From: Isurus oxyrinchus
Lineage: Eukaryota
Assembly (NCBI GenBank): GCA_026770705.1
Contig: JANJGN010000034.1
Span: 11,222,001 to 11,286,000, forward strand
DNA: 64,000 nucleotides
Reading direction: 5' to 3'
Within the stretch, counting starts at the first letter, position 1, and every line of letters starts with the position of its first letter. Shown here in pieces: positions 38,195 through 49,630 of the stretch. The notes beneath the pieces are model-generated. The model was not told the origin of the DNA. It saw only the letters and a list, made by a program, of their open reading frames with translations, and searched no databases. The position numbers were made by a program, and so were the translations under genes.

Positions 38195-38478
38195 CACTTA
38201 GGAACTGTTGTGATCTCCTTATATCTCCTGAGATTACTGCGTTCCTCCAATTCTGGTCTCTGGTATATGCCAGATTTTAAGCACTCTACAATGGTGACCG
38301 TTCAGTTCCCGCAGCCCTAAGCTCTGGGATTCTAATCCCGTACATTTCCACCTCTCTATCTCTGCATGCTCATTGCCCTCCTTAAAAACTTCCCCTTTGA
38401 CCAATGATTTAGTCAACTGTCTTAATGTCTGCTTCTTTTACCCGGGATCAAATTGTGTTACGTAACGGGACCATGAAG
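38195..38478 (+). mobile_element. L2 LINE 3' end; paralog at ~61660-61950
   Basis: CTGCG.TCCTCCAATTCTGG...CCCTAAGCTCTGG...CCTCCTTAAAA..CCCTTTGACCAA pattern. Confidence 0.65.
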
Positions 38479-39683
38479 TGTTACGACCACAGCCGATGTC
38501 ATTTACTGAGCAAGCCATTCTCCAGAGGGAAACTCGACTTACTGATCATATATTTATCCAACGAGGGAAAAAACGACTGATCCCAGAAGTACATAATTCC
38601 AGCAACACTTCGAGAAATTTAAGATTACAAAATTTATTAACAACAATAAAAAAGCCTTAAACTTACAAGATTAAACTTATAGAACTAAAACAATTTTGCA
38701 AAACATCGCCACTCCCCACCCCCCGCCACCGAAATAACCTGCATGGGTAAACTACTTTGCAACAGCTCCCTTACAGATTTAAACTATTAAAGTCGTGTGC
38801 TATTTCCCAAGGCAAAAACCGCTGTCACTTTAGTAAAGGCACATCACGCGACTTCTCATTCTCTTCCACTCTGCTGGGAAATCCAAGGAAGTTCAGGAAA
38901 CAAACTGCTGTTTGAGATAAAGATTTTTCCGTTCCTACTGGCTGGTTGTTTCAGGTTTCACAGTGTTCTCAGCAGAGTTGGGGTCAGTAGATTGGGTGCA
39001 GAAATGTGATGCTTGCTGTAACCCACTGTGATTTGGTTAAGAATAGCTCAACCAGTTGTGTGCAGACAAAATAGTGGCAATTTTCTGATGAAATAGAGAT
39101 AAGTGTCATTCCAGGGGAGACAACCGGAATGGGGAGCATCAGTTATTCTTGGGAACCATAGATTAAACTTGGAGATAAGTCATTAGCAGAATACATTGCC
39201 CGCTGCAGATGTTTCACGATGAATTGAAGGGAAGAGGTGAGGCAGCTGACACATTGAAAGTGTTTTCGTGAATGAAAAGCAGTCAGGATAATTTTGTTTC
39301 CAGAGGAAATCAATAAGGGAAGTGGGGAGCAAGTTGTAAGAGTGTGATGAAGACAATGGACGTCGAGAATCCAGTTCAGGCGTGGCTTTATATGTCAGTA
39401 GCAAAGATTATGTGAAAAGAGGGGTTTACTGAGCTCTGAATGGGACTGACGTCAGAGGAGGTAAGGCAAACTGAGCTATGATGCAGACTGAAATCATGAA
39501 TGGAAGGAATTGTTCTGTGGAGTTTGGGAAATGATATTTAATGGCGAATTATGGTGCTGGCAGTTTAAATATATATATAAGGGGGGCTAAGAGAAGTGTA
39601 CTGTAACAGGATCTTCATGAAACTGTTGTCCTTCTGTTGTAGCGAGTCGTGAGCCAACAATTGCCTAGAAGTCACCAAGAACG

Positions 39684-39690
39684 TTAATGT
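39684..39690 (-). pseudogene. Terminal exon coding part (A CAT TAA), set X
   Basis: Acceptor caattttgcttccacag; completes ...SELMR-H-stop. Confidence 0.65.
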
Positions 39691-42242
39691 CTGTGGAAGC
39701 AAAATTGAAATAATATTGATTCCAAGCATGTACAAGCAATTTTGGTGAAATGCCTTGCCTTTGGGAAGTAGCAGCAGTTCATTGCTTTTGTGAAGCAGCA
39801 TTCTATGCTGCTGCAAGGGTAAAGTGCATTGCTGATCTATAATATTTTATAACCCGCCAAAATCCACTGGGAAACAATATATGATGTGTGCCCAGAAAAT
39901 AAAATTCTTGGTTGCTGGATATTGGAAACAATTGAATTTGTTTCTTGTGCCATGCACATTTGGAGTTCATGCCTGATGGAGGATCTTTTAACGTTGTATT
40001 AAACTTTGTGCATAAAATAGTTCTGCAATGGTGCTGCTCAGATTTGGGTTGGTTGAGATAGTAATAACGTCTAGAGACAGCACATGGGCAGGATCTAACA
40101 GGCACAAACACAGTTACATTTCACATCATGGGTTGCATTTTGATTAGTAGCACTAACATTGAATTTCATACTCTCCCGATCTTCAATATTAGATTGAACT
40201 TAGGGCCTCTGTCATGTCAGTAACACGATGTCCTGTTTTAATACTTACAAATATGAACTTTACTCAGTGTGGAATCGTCTGGAACTGTACTTTCCTTCTA
40301 AGATGGTCAATATGTGCTGTAAAATATGGCTCCCAAAGGACATTAAGACTGATAAGTTAATTCAAAGACTGTCACACTATCTAGTGAAGATAAAATGATA
40401 AAGCCCAGACTAAGAGATTTCACTCACCCGTACCCTGAGACTATCCAAAGGACATCTTGAATTGAATTTGCCTTTCTGAAATAAAGTCAGCGATGGCCTC
40501 AACCCTTCTCATTATGAATGCCTGCCAACAAGGAACCAGGTTATGGATAATCAACAACAACACCATATTTGGAAAGAGGAACTGGGAGAAGTCACATGCT
40601 GGGTTGACATGGCTGTCCCCTGCGTCATTTTTAAGTGTTGTGTGCAGAGCCACGGAAGCAGCAGAAAAGGCAGGGCGTTAAGAACATGAGACTGTAAAAC
40701 TATAAGTTCTTCAAGCCTGTTCCTTTTCAGGACCACCAACACTGAGAACTGATGTTCTGGTAAAGTGACTAGAAGCAAGTACCCTCGTGTCCTGAAAAAT
40801 GTTCATGTCTTCAATAGAATCCTAAGAACCACCTCAGCAAATGACTCCGGCTGTTGAACTTATTTTCATAGCCTGAGGATAATATACTTCATCTGATGTT
40901 TTAAAAAGTACTTTATTCTTCGTCATGACCGCGGTCACAGCCCCGAAATACTTACGAAATGTTGAGCTTTTAAGTAAGATGTGAATTTTTTTAATGGACT
41001 CACAAGCAAAACTTGTCTAGGAGTGTACTGCTAACATTTGCCGGAAAATTGCGATGTGGATTACACTTGGCCAAATAGCCCAGAGAACAGTATATTGCAC
41101 CTAATCAGTGTTTCACAAAATAGGGCAATCACGTGAATCATCAATTAATCGCTTTCCTTAGAACTTGTAAAAGTGCATTGTGCGCTTCAATTGCACATTA
41201 TTTGAGTGAATTTTTGTCTGTAAATATGTGAGTGAGGCTTTAGTGTTAGATTGAGCGTGAAAGCAAACAATTGTCTTTATTTAAACGCACAATGAAGTGG
41301 CTGCCGGTTACTCAAATTGTCCACACATTCAACATTTTACTGATTACCGAAAACTGGGAAGGGAACAGGGATTACCATGGCTCCCCCCCCCACCCCCCCA
41401 CACCCTGTCTCTAACAGCCCCTGCCCACTTCCCACCACCTCATGTGATGCTTGCCAAGGCGCGGGACAAATTGACGCTAACTTGCCCAGAACTTTCGTGT
41501 TCATTACGTAGCATTGGCTCATCATTGGAACCAAGAGTGGTCACGAATCTGGAGCTTTACTATTGTTACCTTAAATCAGCTTTCTCAGTTTGTGCTTTGT
41601 TTGCATTCTGCAGGGAATTTGCCCCAAAATAGCAACATTTTGGAAATCGAGCCACGGATGAACACTCAGTTCACAACATAATCAAACTACAGGTGTTATT
41701 CTCAACCGCACACCCAGAGTTCAAAGTCCTCAGTGGCAATTGTTCAAATTGGAGTCACTAGATAAGGTCATTTGTGAGCAAGCACAGAAAAATTGCTATG
41801 AAATTATTATTTTTTGATATAAAACCTGACTATTTCAGTCATGTCCTTTGTGGCAAATTGCATTTCACCCCATTCAGTCTACATCAGCCAACATGATATG
41901 GCTGACACTGAAATCCATGAGGATACGTGGAGATCACTCTTGAACACTGCCTTGTCATGTGTATCCCTGTGCTGAGAATAAATGTCGAGACATGACACGG
42001 TGGTTGCTGAAAGGATTGCTCCCCTTGTGAGAAAGAGTAGATCAATGGAACACAGTTTTAAAATAAGGGCCACAATCAGTGCAGCCACGATCTTATTCAA
42101 TAGTGGAGAAGTCTTGTAGGGGCCGAATGGCCTACATCTGCTGCTGATTCGTACACACGTTAGTTCTTAAATGGAAAAGCCTACATTCTGTTGGATTTTT
42201 TGAAATATGGCAGATGGCGTGTGAAATTTCCTATCAACATAC

Positions 42243-42286
42243 CTCATCAATTCACTGCAAACTGACCGATCTTGTACTTGTAATCC
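42243..42286 (-). pseudogene. Second ITAM exon, set X (GLQVQDRSVCSELMR; second Tyr replaced by Cys)
   Basis: ttttaacag acceptor, AG|gtatgt donor, 44 nt. Confidence 0.8.
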
Positions 42287-42415
42287 CTGTTAAAATTAAT
42301 AACGTATTTGTTTTTTAGTCAACAACAATAGAGTGTGTTAAAAGAGATATGAGATGAAATATAAAATAAAAAGTAAGAAAATGATTTAAAGGAATTCACA
42401 AAATAATGTCCTGAC

Positions 42416-42457
42416 CATGTATGTAGAGTCTTCCTCAAGTGGTTTTGTAGCTTGCTC
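42416..42457 (-). pseudogene. First ITAM exon, set X (EQATKPLEEDSTYM)
   Basis: ttgcatttttacag acceptor, gtcagg donor, 42 nt. Confidence 0.82.
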
Positions 42458-42926
42458 CTGTAAAAATGCAATTTGAAAAACAAAATAGAAGCAGGTACAC
42501 AAGAAATCCCTGTAATTACTTCAGAATTTTGAACGATTAGAATGTCATATATCCCACAATAAAAGGTGATACAGTTTTCCGAAATTAGCTAGCCCTAAAT
42601 TAAATTTCAGGAGTGAATGTTCATTGTTAACAAGCAGTGAAAGAAGGGCAGCCGCGCACAGAATATTCATTTCACTCATCAGTCGATCATCATTGTTCTG
42701 GTAAAATTGAACATTACAGCAAATGTTCCATCCTGCACCAAGGGCCTTTTTTAGATGTTTTTTTTTTTAAAAAGGAGCTGCTCCACAGACAAAGAAGACT
42801 GAAACGCCTAACCTACTCTGGCTTAGCCCCGAATCCAGTATACTCCAACTGCATGAACAATGACATTGTTATCCTCACTGGAATAAACTCGCCAATGTGA
42901 CCATGTGTTAATACAATTGTACCAAC

Positions 42927-42973
42927 CTTTTGCTTTCTTGGAATATTTTCGTAAATCGATGCTGAGTTCTCCC
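42927..42973 (-). pseudogene. Cytoplasmic exon, set X (GENSASIYENIPRKQK)
   Basis: ctcttctgcattag acceptor, AAG|gttggt donor, 47 nt, phase 1-0 and compatible with the next exon. Confidence 0.8.
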
Positions 42974-43019
42974 CTAATGCAGAAGAGCAGTCTTTGAGAA
43001 TGCAAAACAGTTAATCACA

Positions 43020-43555
43020 TCTCCACATATAATCGTCGAATCATACATTGACAGAGCACAATCGGTAGTCTTTCAGCCCACCATGCCAGTATCAGCTCTT
43101 TGAAAGTGCAATACAAATAATTCTATTCCTCAGCCATTTACGCATACCCTTGTGAGTAAGCTTCCTTAAAGTATATATCCAACGTCGTTGTGAAGTGAAT
43201 ATTAAATGTGATTCCACCTGGTGTCCACCCGCTGAATCCTGATCATTGCATTTCGCTGCCTAAAAATAAATTTCCGACTCTCGCAGCTATTTTTTTTTGG
43301 TAATTAGATTGCATTTCTATCAACTGTTTACTGATCCACCTATGGCTGCTTACAGTTTCTCATAATTTTCTCTATCATGATATTTCGCTATTTTGAACAC
43401 CTCTGTAAAATCTCCAATTAGCCTCCCTGCTTTAAGGAGAAGAAGCCCATCTACTCCCGTTCCTCCACGGAGCTAAAGTCCTACTTCTCTGGTACTATCC
43501 CTGTAAATCTTCAGTACACATTATCCAAGACAGTAACATTGGTCCTAAATCATTG
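43020..43555 (-). mobile_element. Old CR1 3' fragment (partial paralog at 24060-24290)
   Basis: Degenerate reverse complement of a CR1 tail. Confidence 0.55.
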
Positions 43556-45270
43556 AACCATGTACATGCCAATAGAGTAGAACTGTTGCTTCATGTTCTG
43601 AGACATTGCAGCTTTTGTTTCTCATTGTTCTGTTTTTGGTTTCTGGTTGGATTATGTTCGCACTAATTTAATTATTACTTGGTTTGTTAGGTCAATTTTA
43701 TGACCTAAGTGCACAATTTTAACAGCCGTAATCAAGGAATGAAAAATAGGTGGGAATTTAATTCTACGTTTTTCAATATAAACCAGGAGACATGTAAAAT
43801 TGGCTGCTGTTTCGCCATCATCTATGCTACATTCAGACAAAAGGGTGAAACGATCCTTGGTAATTCATCATGTGAAGCTGACAGATTCTCCACTTTGAGC
43901 GCCCAAGTAGCAGAAAACATAATAGTTAATTCCAGTCAAAACCTTTGTCTCAACGTCAGCTCTGTATGTGTACACAAATCTATCCGGTTTGGAACTTTCA
44001 CGAGGAAATGTACAAGTAACTGTAAAATGAGGCATTCGTATGAAAATAGATACAAAAGCATATATTGGATGTTTTTAATGTCAAGGTATTTTCAGTAAGA
44101 CATACTTTGCACGAAAGATTGCTTCCTTTCATCGTTCACAAGCTGTATTAAACAGAACGTTAAGCGATACATGTGTTGATGCCAATTTATTTTCAAATGG
44201 CGTTTAGCATGTTAGGCAATTGTGCGTAAAAGCACTCAACAAGAATTAGGTTATCTAATTTGACGTGCAAACGTAAAGCTTCATAAATCTGCCCGATGTA
44301 TGCTTATTTAAATGAACTTCAAATCAAAAAGCACTGTTGTCGCCTGCAATGCTATGGCATGGAAATTTCACTTATTCTTCACTGTTGGATGAAGGTTCAT
44401 CACATTTCGCCCTTGTGTTGGTTCTTGCTTCCTAAAGAAATGTAGGGCAACATAATAAAATAAATCTTATCAGGACGATATTATATTGTAATCATGATAT
44501 GCAACAGAAATCCTATTTGTTAATGTCTTATTATTAGTGAAAAATGTCTTCCTAACTGGAGGGAACAAATTTCATTCGTACTGGGCAACATTGACATTCT
44601 TTTATTCTTTTACGGGACGTGGGCGTCGCTGGCTGAGCCAGCATTTTTTATTGCCTATCCCTAATTGCCCTTGAGAAGCGGTGGTGAGCAGTCCTCCTAT
44701 ACCACTGCTGTCCATATGGTGTAGGTTCAACTAAAATGCTGTGTGCGAGGGACATTAACCTAGCGACAATGAAGGAACATCAGGCGGGAAGCCCAAATCG
44801 ATTCAGGCAAATTGGGATAGATTAAATAAATTGGCCAGAAGCAGGAGATATCAGATAGATCAGCAGTATAAAGCCGTACATTTACGTCCCTGTTTTTGCA
44901 ACAATAATTTACATTGCTACAAATATTAAAGCATCAAGATTATGAGCTGATGCAGCAGGAGAGTAAAGTTGGCGGAAAGTTAAAATGTTCACAATTCGAG
45001 TAGTTGGGAGATGCAAAACTAAGTCACTGCATCAGCAACAGTAGTGGACTGTAATTATACAAGAGTGGGGAGCTAATAGAAGGAGATTTCTGTCAATCAG
45101 AAATATAAACGATTATTATTGAATGTGTAAACAGGCCTCACACGTTTATAGATTTGAAAAGAGATATACACATATTTTGAAACAACTTTTCGCTCATTTA
45201 CTTTGATTCAATTCATCAGGCTACAGACAAACTACTAAAGGGGCAGATAACATTTACATAGACTATTTAC

Positions 45271-45394
45271 CAGCATGCTTTCCTTTTGATCAGCCACGCG
45301 CTTATCCCGCCGATCATTCCCAGAATAAGTAGAACAGCAATCACGATGCCTGCTTTGTGACCACTGACTAATTCATTGGTGGAGAAATGTTGTT
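45271..45394 (-). pseudogene. Transmembrane exon, set X, open: QHFSTNELVSGHKAGIVIAVLLILGMIGGISAWLIKRKAC
   Basis: gcatttttag acceptor, TG|gtaaat donor, 124 nt, phase 1-2; ~21 hydrophobic residues followed by a KRK stop-transfer; AGIVI motif as in CEACAM TM exons. Confidence 0.85.
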
Positions 45395-46334
45395 CTAAAA
45401 ATGCTATAAGAACAGATATTGAAATTAATATCAAATGTCAGAACCAATTAAACTCCTGTAGCTATGGGCAGATATTTAAACACGTTTTGCCGTAGTGCTT
45501 GAATGTTGCTAAATTTCAACAATCCAAGGAACAAAAATGGCCATGACAGAGTTCTCTCGAACCAATGTGACACGTCATTTAAATACAAGCCTGTGCAACT
45601 GCAAGGGCAAGTGGTAATTGAATCTCTAAGCTATTGATCCCACAATATTTTTTTATAATTTCTCTCTGCACCTCTTACTGGGCCACTCAAGTGCTGGGCA
45701 ACAATGAATGCAATCCCGATTTTTGACAGTGTTGTCTTCCAATTTTTCAGGAGGCGTTTCGTTTCATAACCAAAAATATTAATTCCTTACCTCAACCGAT
45801 GCCTGCATTTCACATCTTGTCAACTTCCATTCTCTTGAGTCTTGAAATCAGGCGGATTTCCATTCACAAGCCCCTCCTATTTCTAATCTACCTGATGCCT
45901 CAGTGACAACATGCCAAAACATATAGCTGGATTTTATGGGGCGCGGTAGTCCCCACACCCCGGAGCGAATAAAACGGGGGCCAGCCAAACAGCACCCCAA
46001 CCACGCCCACTGGGGTTGGGGATGGGGTGGGGGGAGGGGGCGCCTGCCGCAGACATTCAATTCCTGGAGGAACATTGCTTGCTTTAAGGTGATGCTGTTC
46101 TGTCCCAATCTGCTCTCGAAGTCCAGCTTCAGTGAGTTGATTGACAAGCAAATGGTCGACAGCGCTACTGTACCAGGAGAGTCGCAGGAAACGCTGGCTC
46201 CTGCTGGCCACTGCGTGGAATTTCCTATGCCGAGCAGACAGATTGAGATATTAGTGCGGTTTTGGGGTGGGAGATGTGCTACAGTGGACAAGCCAGTGGC
46301 GGCAGAGGAACAGGGAAACGGAAGACCTCCCGGT

Positions 46335-46715
46335 CCCTCCAACGCGCTATAAAATTGGCCATATCTGCAATCTTGAAAACAGGGTTCTAGCCAATTGCCC
46401 ATCGTCCAAAGAGATGCAGAAACAGGCCGCATCAAATCTATTCCGCAGGGCAATGTTCACTGTGTGTCGCACAAAGTCTGAATGGGCCAAAAGCAGCCAC
46501 TTTAGGACCAGAAAAGTGCCCGATCTACCTCAAATTAAACGAAACAGGCAACATTTCTCAAAACTTTGACCACCCGGAAAAGCAAGCCGTTTCCCGCTGT
46601 TACCATGCAGTGGCTACGAGAGTGGTACCTACCACTAACAGGATGCTGCCTCAGCCCAAAAGGAATGCTCTGCCTATCACACAACTGAGCAACCCCAATT
46701 TCACTTCCAATGTCA
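46335..46715 (+). mobile_element. Penelope-like element ORF fragment (RT thumb/linker region)
   Basis: TRYKIGHICNL.NR, GPEKCP.YL, AVSRCY.AVATRVV..TNRMLP; homologous to 48850-49200 on the - strand. Confidence 0.7.
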
Positions 46716-46964
46716 TTGCCATGTACCAATGACTGGCTGATCAAACAGCGTGTTATATTGGTTGTTCATAAGAGTGTTAATCATTTTTTTTAAAAAAGGT
46801 TAAAGTATATCTTAGAAAATAGATACTGGCACGTTGTAGCAGCTTAAGCTAAGATGGCTACACGGAAACCTAAATATAATTTTGATATGCACATTACGTA
46901 TTGAATCTGGAATTCTGTAATAGCAACGCATTTTATTGCAATGAAACATTTGGCAGCAACTCAC

Positions 46965-47032
46965 TTTATTTGGCACATATGCTTGTGTGCCGAGTTTCTC
47001 TGGGCCACTGACTAAATCCAAGTGACCCTATC
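46965..47032 (-). pseudogene. Orphan 68-nt exon with in-frame TAG (G*GHLDLVSGPEKLGTQAYVPNK)
   Basis: ctttcattttacag acceptor, gtgagt donor; paralog of 26598-26665. Confidence 0.6.
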
Positions 47033-48299
47033 CTGTAAAATGAAAGCAGCACTAACACAAAACAACGGAACCCACAAAGAACAAAGTGCACAGTGGTAAG
47101 GTGGGATTAGTGTTGCAGAATTGATTTCCTACAGCTTTATGCGTTCTTACCGCAATGGGTGGCTCTCCCTCTTTAGTGCACTGGAGGCGGACAGTTTATA
47201 GGCATGCGAGGGATTTCATGCCTTCAATATTTTAGACTGCAGCCCTGTATCTACTAAATGCTGAGTCAAGCACAGTGGTCTGCTGATTGAAGCCACGCCC
47301 TAATTGCACTAGGCAAAGCAAGGGGGGAAATCAGCCCAGTAATAATTATATTATATGTATATGTGGTCAGTCAAAGATCAAACGTAAGATGTTTTTCCCA
47401 CTCGAAAATCAGCACTTCTAATTGCCTATTCAGGCAGTGTATTGCCTGAAAGGTGAGTTTCAACTGGAAATGAGTATTCCCCGGCCGATAATTTTAAACT
47501 AATTTGATAGTCCATTCAAATGTTCCCCCGATTGGCCCCATCTACAGTTGTGGGGGACGGCGGGGGAGGAGGAAGGTGGATGATGTCATTTATTTATTAT
47601 GTTTTGTGGCTTAGTTGACAACACTCCCGCTGCTGGGTCGGAACGTTGTGGGTGCATTTCCCACTCCCGCTGTCCGTGGAAGGAGTGTTCACCACGCCGC
47701 TATTATTCGGCCTACAGTCCTTCCAGTTTTCCACACGGGGGCACGACTGTGAAGATAAACAAAAAGAGACATATATTCATGTTCAGACGCTGTGTTTCTG
47801 GCATTGCTGTCCCTCCTCCTCCCCACCACGCCCCCTCCCAAGATATCATAGCAGCAATGAGTTTTCCTTCGGGAGACAATTAAAATCGACCACAGATTAG
47901 GAGAAGCATGAATTCTTGGCAGTTTGGCAAAATGTCAATCAGGGGATATTTGGGAACTTCAGTGGAACATTTGGACCAAAGTTTCACAAGCAAACTTGTC
48001 GGCAGCAGATCAACCATGACGTGGCACATCCGGAGTTCAATGTTCAGGTGCAGGAAGGCTAGTGGATGAGGTAGGATTGAACAAGGGAAGGCCCACAGAT
48101 TATTGACTTTCTGTTTCCGTGTTAAACCTATACATCCCCCTACATTTATAAAAATAAATTACGTACCTATATTGTTACAGAAAACCATGCACTCGGTCTC
48201 TGAAAAACCACACTCAGTCTACTCATTCTTCTTGTCACGCGTTTGTGCCATTGTATTTCAATGTGCATTGTATCCAAATAATCGGTCAGCAGTATCGAT

Positions 48300-49630
48300 G
48301 TTGAGTATTGCTGAAAAAATAACATGCAGTCAAATTGTTTCCTCTTGCACTCATCTGGATAGATCGCAACAATTGTAATGCGGGAACAACAATTTATATT
48401 GCATGAGAAGAGAGTGATGAATGTTTGGCAATAGGATTCTGATTGATGGAGGTGTTGCCATGGAGAATGCAGCATGGAACACTTAACTGCTCAGCTTTGT
48501 TAAAATTAAAGCCAGGCAGGTCGACTCTGATTAGTCTAGATGTTGTCCTGGGTAATGAAGCAGGGAATGAATGTTCCATAAACATATGTTTAGTTGAAAA
48601 AAGGTGCAAAGTGTGAAAATGTTCATTTTGGTTGCATGTGTGTGAATGTATGTGACCTCTAGGACGCACAAGTGAGCCACACTGCCAGCCTAACCGATAA
48701 TGTAAAATTGCATTTCAATGTAATTCTTCGCACAATCAGGATTATTTGGCAGCTGTTCTCCTAATGTGGACTTATGCCTTAAGTTGGGCACTATATTTTT
48801 AGGGTTTTGCATGCCCAGCCTGATTGGGGATGGTCAGTACCTTTCTTCCCTGTTGTGAACAGCCGAAGGGGCATGCAGTTTGATACTACCTTCCAATTGC
48901 TGGGACGTTTGGCCCATATACCTCGCATCACACTGGCACTGAAATTCAAATACAACATTGCCCATTGGTGAGTTAGGCCGAAAGCCTTTTTGGCTTGATG
49001 GCAGCATCCTCTTAGTGGAGATTGCCACCCGGGTTCCTACTGCATAGGAGCAGCGTGCTATGCCTAGCTTCGTTTGATTTAGTGCGACATCGTACCCTTC
49101 CAGGGTAATCTGAAGTACACTGGGCACTTTTCAGGAATGCATTTGGCTGCCTTAGGCCCATTCCTGAGTTTGTACAATATACAGCAAAGGAAAATTCTAT
49201 CAGGTGACATATTGTTCCACAGGATGACTTTGCTGCGCATGGCACATAGAGTCATTAAAACTGAACTGAGTTCAGTTGTACACCCATGAAACCACATGTA
49301 TTCACACACAGGGCCTTTGTTGAACAAAGGAACCTGCACTGGCATTGCTCCTTTGCAACTAAACAAAAGTCAGGGAACAGTCATTGGGCAACACATTGAC
49401 CAATCAGCGTCAACCTGCCTGGACTGAATTTGAACAAAGCTGCATGGTTAGTTTCATGCTCCATTCACCATGGCAAGGCTTCCACCAATCAGAGTCCACT
49501 TGCCAACAAATCTGAATTCTCTTGTCTTACAGTATAAATTGATGTTTCCCCATTCCAAAAGGAACAGTCTTGCGTGCTATCCTGATGAAGGCAAATGAAA
49601 AGCATTGAGAGCATGTCTCGACTTTCAGAA
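48300..49630 (-). mobile_element. Penelope-like retroelement 3' part with GIY-YIG endonuclease remnant, flanked by inverted pLTRs
   Basis: PEKCPVYFRLPWKG, NVVFEFQCQCDARYMGQTSQQL..SIKLH.P; hammerhead-like CAGATGAGTGCAAGAGGAAA (-, ~48338-48357) and CTGATGAAGGCAAATGAAA (+, 49581-49599). Confidence 0.8.

Larger units (their letters stand above)
35712..39600 (+). repeat. Segmental duplication block, direct copy at ~59305-64000
   Basis: Collinear similarity across intron, V pseudo-exons, signal exon, promoter, L2 tail and an LTR-like piece; this copy lacks about 0.9 kb near 38980. Confidence 0.9.

Noticed and set aside
45925-46363. Possible MITE with GCTGGATTTTAT / ATAAAATTGGC ends
   Set aside because: The right end is better explained as Penelope coding sequence (RYKIG); only one terminus is plausible
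45848-46453. Longest ORF in the track (201 aa, - strand)
   Set aside because: No domain-like features; overlaps the antisense strand of a Penelope fragment and GC-rich repeat sequence, with no splice context
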